DNA from: Eimeria praecox | Taxonomy: Eukaryota | DNA length: 64,000 nucleotides | Assembly (NCBI GenBank): GCA_963920595.1 | Contig: OY986948.1 | Coordinates: 1,612,001-1,676,000 of the forward strand | Direction of reading: 5' to 3' | In this document: piece after piece, positions 61,850 to 64,000 of the stretch | How the letters are laid out: every line of letters begins with the position of its first letter | Numbering within the stretch: the stretch's first letter is position 1 | Position numbers and translations under genes: made by a program | Notes under the pieces: generated by a model | What the model was told of the DNA's origin: nothing | What the model saw: the letters and a program-made list of their open reading frames with translations, nothing else | Databases searched by the model: none

Positions 61850-63047
61850 GTATACAAAACTCCTGATGTTATGAGTTTCTTTGAAGCTGTTTACATCTTG
61901 AGCGAGCTGTTTGGGCCTTTGTTCAGGGTTTAGGGTTTAGGGTTTAGGGTTTAGGGTTTAGGGTTTAGGGTTTAGGGTTTAGGGTTTATACAAAACAAAT
62001 CTGAGTAGTTGACGCAAGAGCGTCAAAATCCAACATTCAATTTAACTATTTATCTTTGTTTTTCTATCTATTTTTTTTTATTTGAAGATTTAATTTTTTT
62101 CTGTTTTTTCATCTTTTCTGTTTAGATTTGGACATACTAAGTTTCTGTATTCTCTTTTGTATATATATTTTATTTATTTATTTATAAATAAATAAATAAA
62201 CGTTGTATTTATTCCTTGAAGTTTCTTTTTTGTTTATTTATTCTCATATATATTTAATTTATTTTCATATTGCTGTTTTCTCCTACCATAGAAGATTGGT
62301 TTCTATGATATTTGCGGTGTATCGACACCTCCGGAAGATCAGCGGAAACTCTGAGAGAATCCGAGGGAATTTGCCTTCGTTTAATATAATATTTTTTGTT
62401 ATTTTACGATTTTAATTAATAAAATTGAAGAATTATCCCTTACAGTTCAAAATTTAGGGTTTAGGGTTTAGGGTTTAGGGTTTAGGGTTTAGGGTTTAGG
62501 GTTTGCGGCGCGAGGGGCCCCCCCGCACGGCTTCGTGGTCTAGCGATCAGAGAATTGATGTAGAGTTTATCTTTACGATATTTTATTGTTTCTTTTTGTT
62601 TTTTTATTCTTTTTATCGTTTTATGCTTTCAAATGGAAGCCTAAAGCTTGGAGGCAGCTGCGCGGCGCTGCCAATGAGAAGATATTTCAAACCCCAAACC
62701 CTAAACCCTAAACCCTAAACCCTAAACCCTCGATCTTCGGCCCCTCAACCCTAAACCGTAAACACTAAACCCTAATTCCAAGCCTTTGAACTTTCTGTCT
62801 GCCTATCCGCCGTTTGAGGGGGTCTTCTTCCGCTCTGCTGAGCCTCCTCACAAACCCTAAACCCTAATAAACCCTAAACCCTAATAAACCCTAAACCCTA
62901 ATAAACCCTAAACCATACATCGTAGATCGACTCTTACGATCTCGTTTCTTGATCTGTAAACTCTCCTTTCTCTTCTTCAAACCCTAAACCCTAAACCCTA
63001 GACCCTAATAAACCCTAAATCTTTGAAATAGGGTTTATTATTTGACG

Positions 63048-63902
63048 ATGATAAATCAAGATCTTCTCAACAACAGAAAACCCCGAATCTATTGTACAAA
63101 AGAAGGACCCCGAGAAAACCCTTATTCTGAATTAGAAACAACAACATTTAATATACATGAATTTAAGAAACAAACACAAATTAAAATAATTTCTGCAGAT
63201 AATAATAAAATTGTTTTTGAACTTAAAAAATGTGATGTTGCATTTGCTAATGCCTTAAGAAGAATACTTATTAGTGAAGTACCTACTGCTGCTTTCGAAA
63301 CCGTACAGGTAGACCCTAAACCCTAAACCCTAAACCCTAATAAACCCTAATCATAAACCCTAATAATAAACCCTAGTAAACCCTAATAAACCCTAATAAA
63401 CCCTAAAGCGTTTAAACCGGAGATAATCCTGAGCAATCGTGTATGATTATCCTTAAAGTTTTGTGTGAGCATAAACTTCATGTTGTCTCTGTTTAGGGTT
63501 TGAGGGGTTTAGGGTTTAGGGTTTAGGGTTTAGGGTTTAGGGTTTAATTTGCAGCTCATTGCGTATTCACCGTATCCCTTTCTATATTTATGTTTCCTCT
63601 TCTATTGGCTGCCTATCGTATGCCATCAAACCTCAAGGGTCTAGGGTTTAGGGTTTAGGGTTTAGGGTTTAGGGTTTAGGGTTTAGGGTTTAGGGTTTGT
63701 GTTCAGATATGGCAAAACACGGGGGTTATTCAAGATGAGGTGTTAGCCCATCGTTTAGGTTTAATTCCTTTTCGTGTTTCTCCAAATAAATTAAAATTTA
63801 GAGAAACAAATCAAGAATTAAATGAAGAAAATTCCCTTAAATTTAAATTACATATTAAATGCACACATGCAGATATTAAAAACCATCAACTTTCTATGCC
63901 AG
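63048..63902 (+). CDS. RPAC1: DNA-directed RNA polymerases I and III subunit AC40 (RPAC1/RPC40), first two exons; runs off the window
   Basis: Exons 63048-63308 and 63707-63902 encode [39 protein letters not shown]. The ~45-aa N-terminal extension and the [11 protein letters not shown] motif favour AC40 over RPB3. Confidence 0.88.
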
Positions 63903-64000
63903 GTTAAACCCTAAACCCTAAACCCTAAACCCTAAACCCTAAACCCTAATTAACCCTAATTAACCCTAATTTACGAAATTCTCTTAAATTCAAATTACAT

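Overview
Eukaryotic, intron-rich DNA with the hallmarks of a coccidian of the genus Eimeria: pervasive (CAG)n tracts read as poly-Q/A/S, interstitial (AAACCCT/TTTAGGG)n telomere-like arrays, (TA)n introns and TGCATGCA motifs. The species cannot be determined. The first ~6.9 kb are repeat-poor and the rest is repeat-rich. Protein genes, reconstructed by hand from splice sites and phase, left to right: an 18-exon aldo-keto-reductase-fold protein (-), a single-exon XRN-family exoribonuclease (-), an NSRP1/CCDC55-like protein (+), an ApiAT-type MFS transporter (+), the 3' part of glutaminyl-tRNA synthetase (-), the 3' part of an ApiAP2 gene (+) across a 200-N gap, listerin/LTN1 (+), GMP synthase (+) and the start of RNA polymerase I/III subunit AC40 (+). 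RNA genes: a solitary 5S rRNA copy with an internal deletion, three identical tRNA-Leu(CAA) genes and an SRP (7SL) RNA. No prokaryote-style system, CRISPR array or recognisable mobile element was found. The best leads are: (i) repeated local duplication of exon-intron junctions into introns, including one GlnRS case whose geometry matches intron gain by tandem duplication; (ii) strand-polarised telomeric repeats at intron ends; (iii) an AKR with three of four catalytic residues replaced and a probable apicoplast leader; (iv) an XRN with a bipartite-type leader; (v) an inverted B-box upstream of the SRP RNA gene. All family calls come from recognising motifs by eye; no database searches were run.
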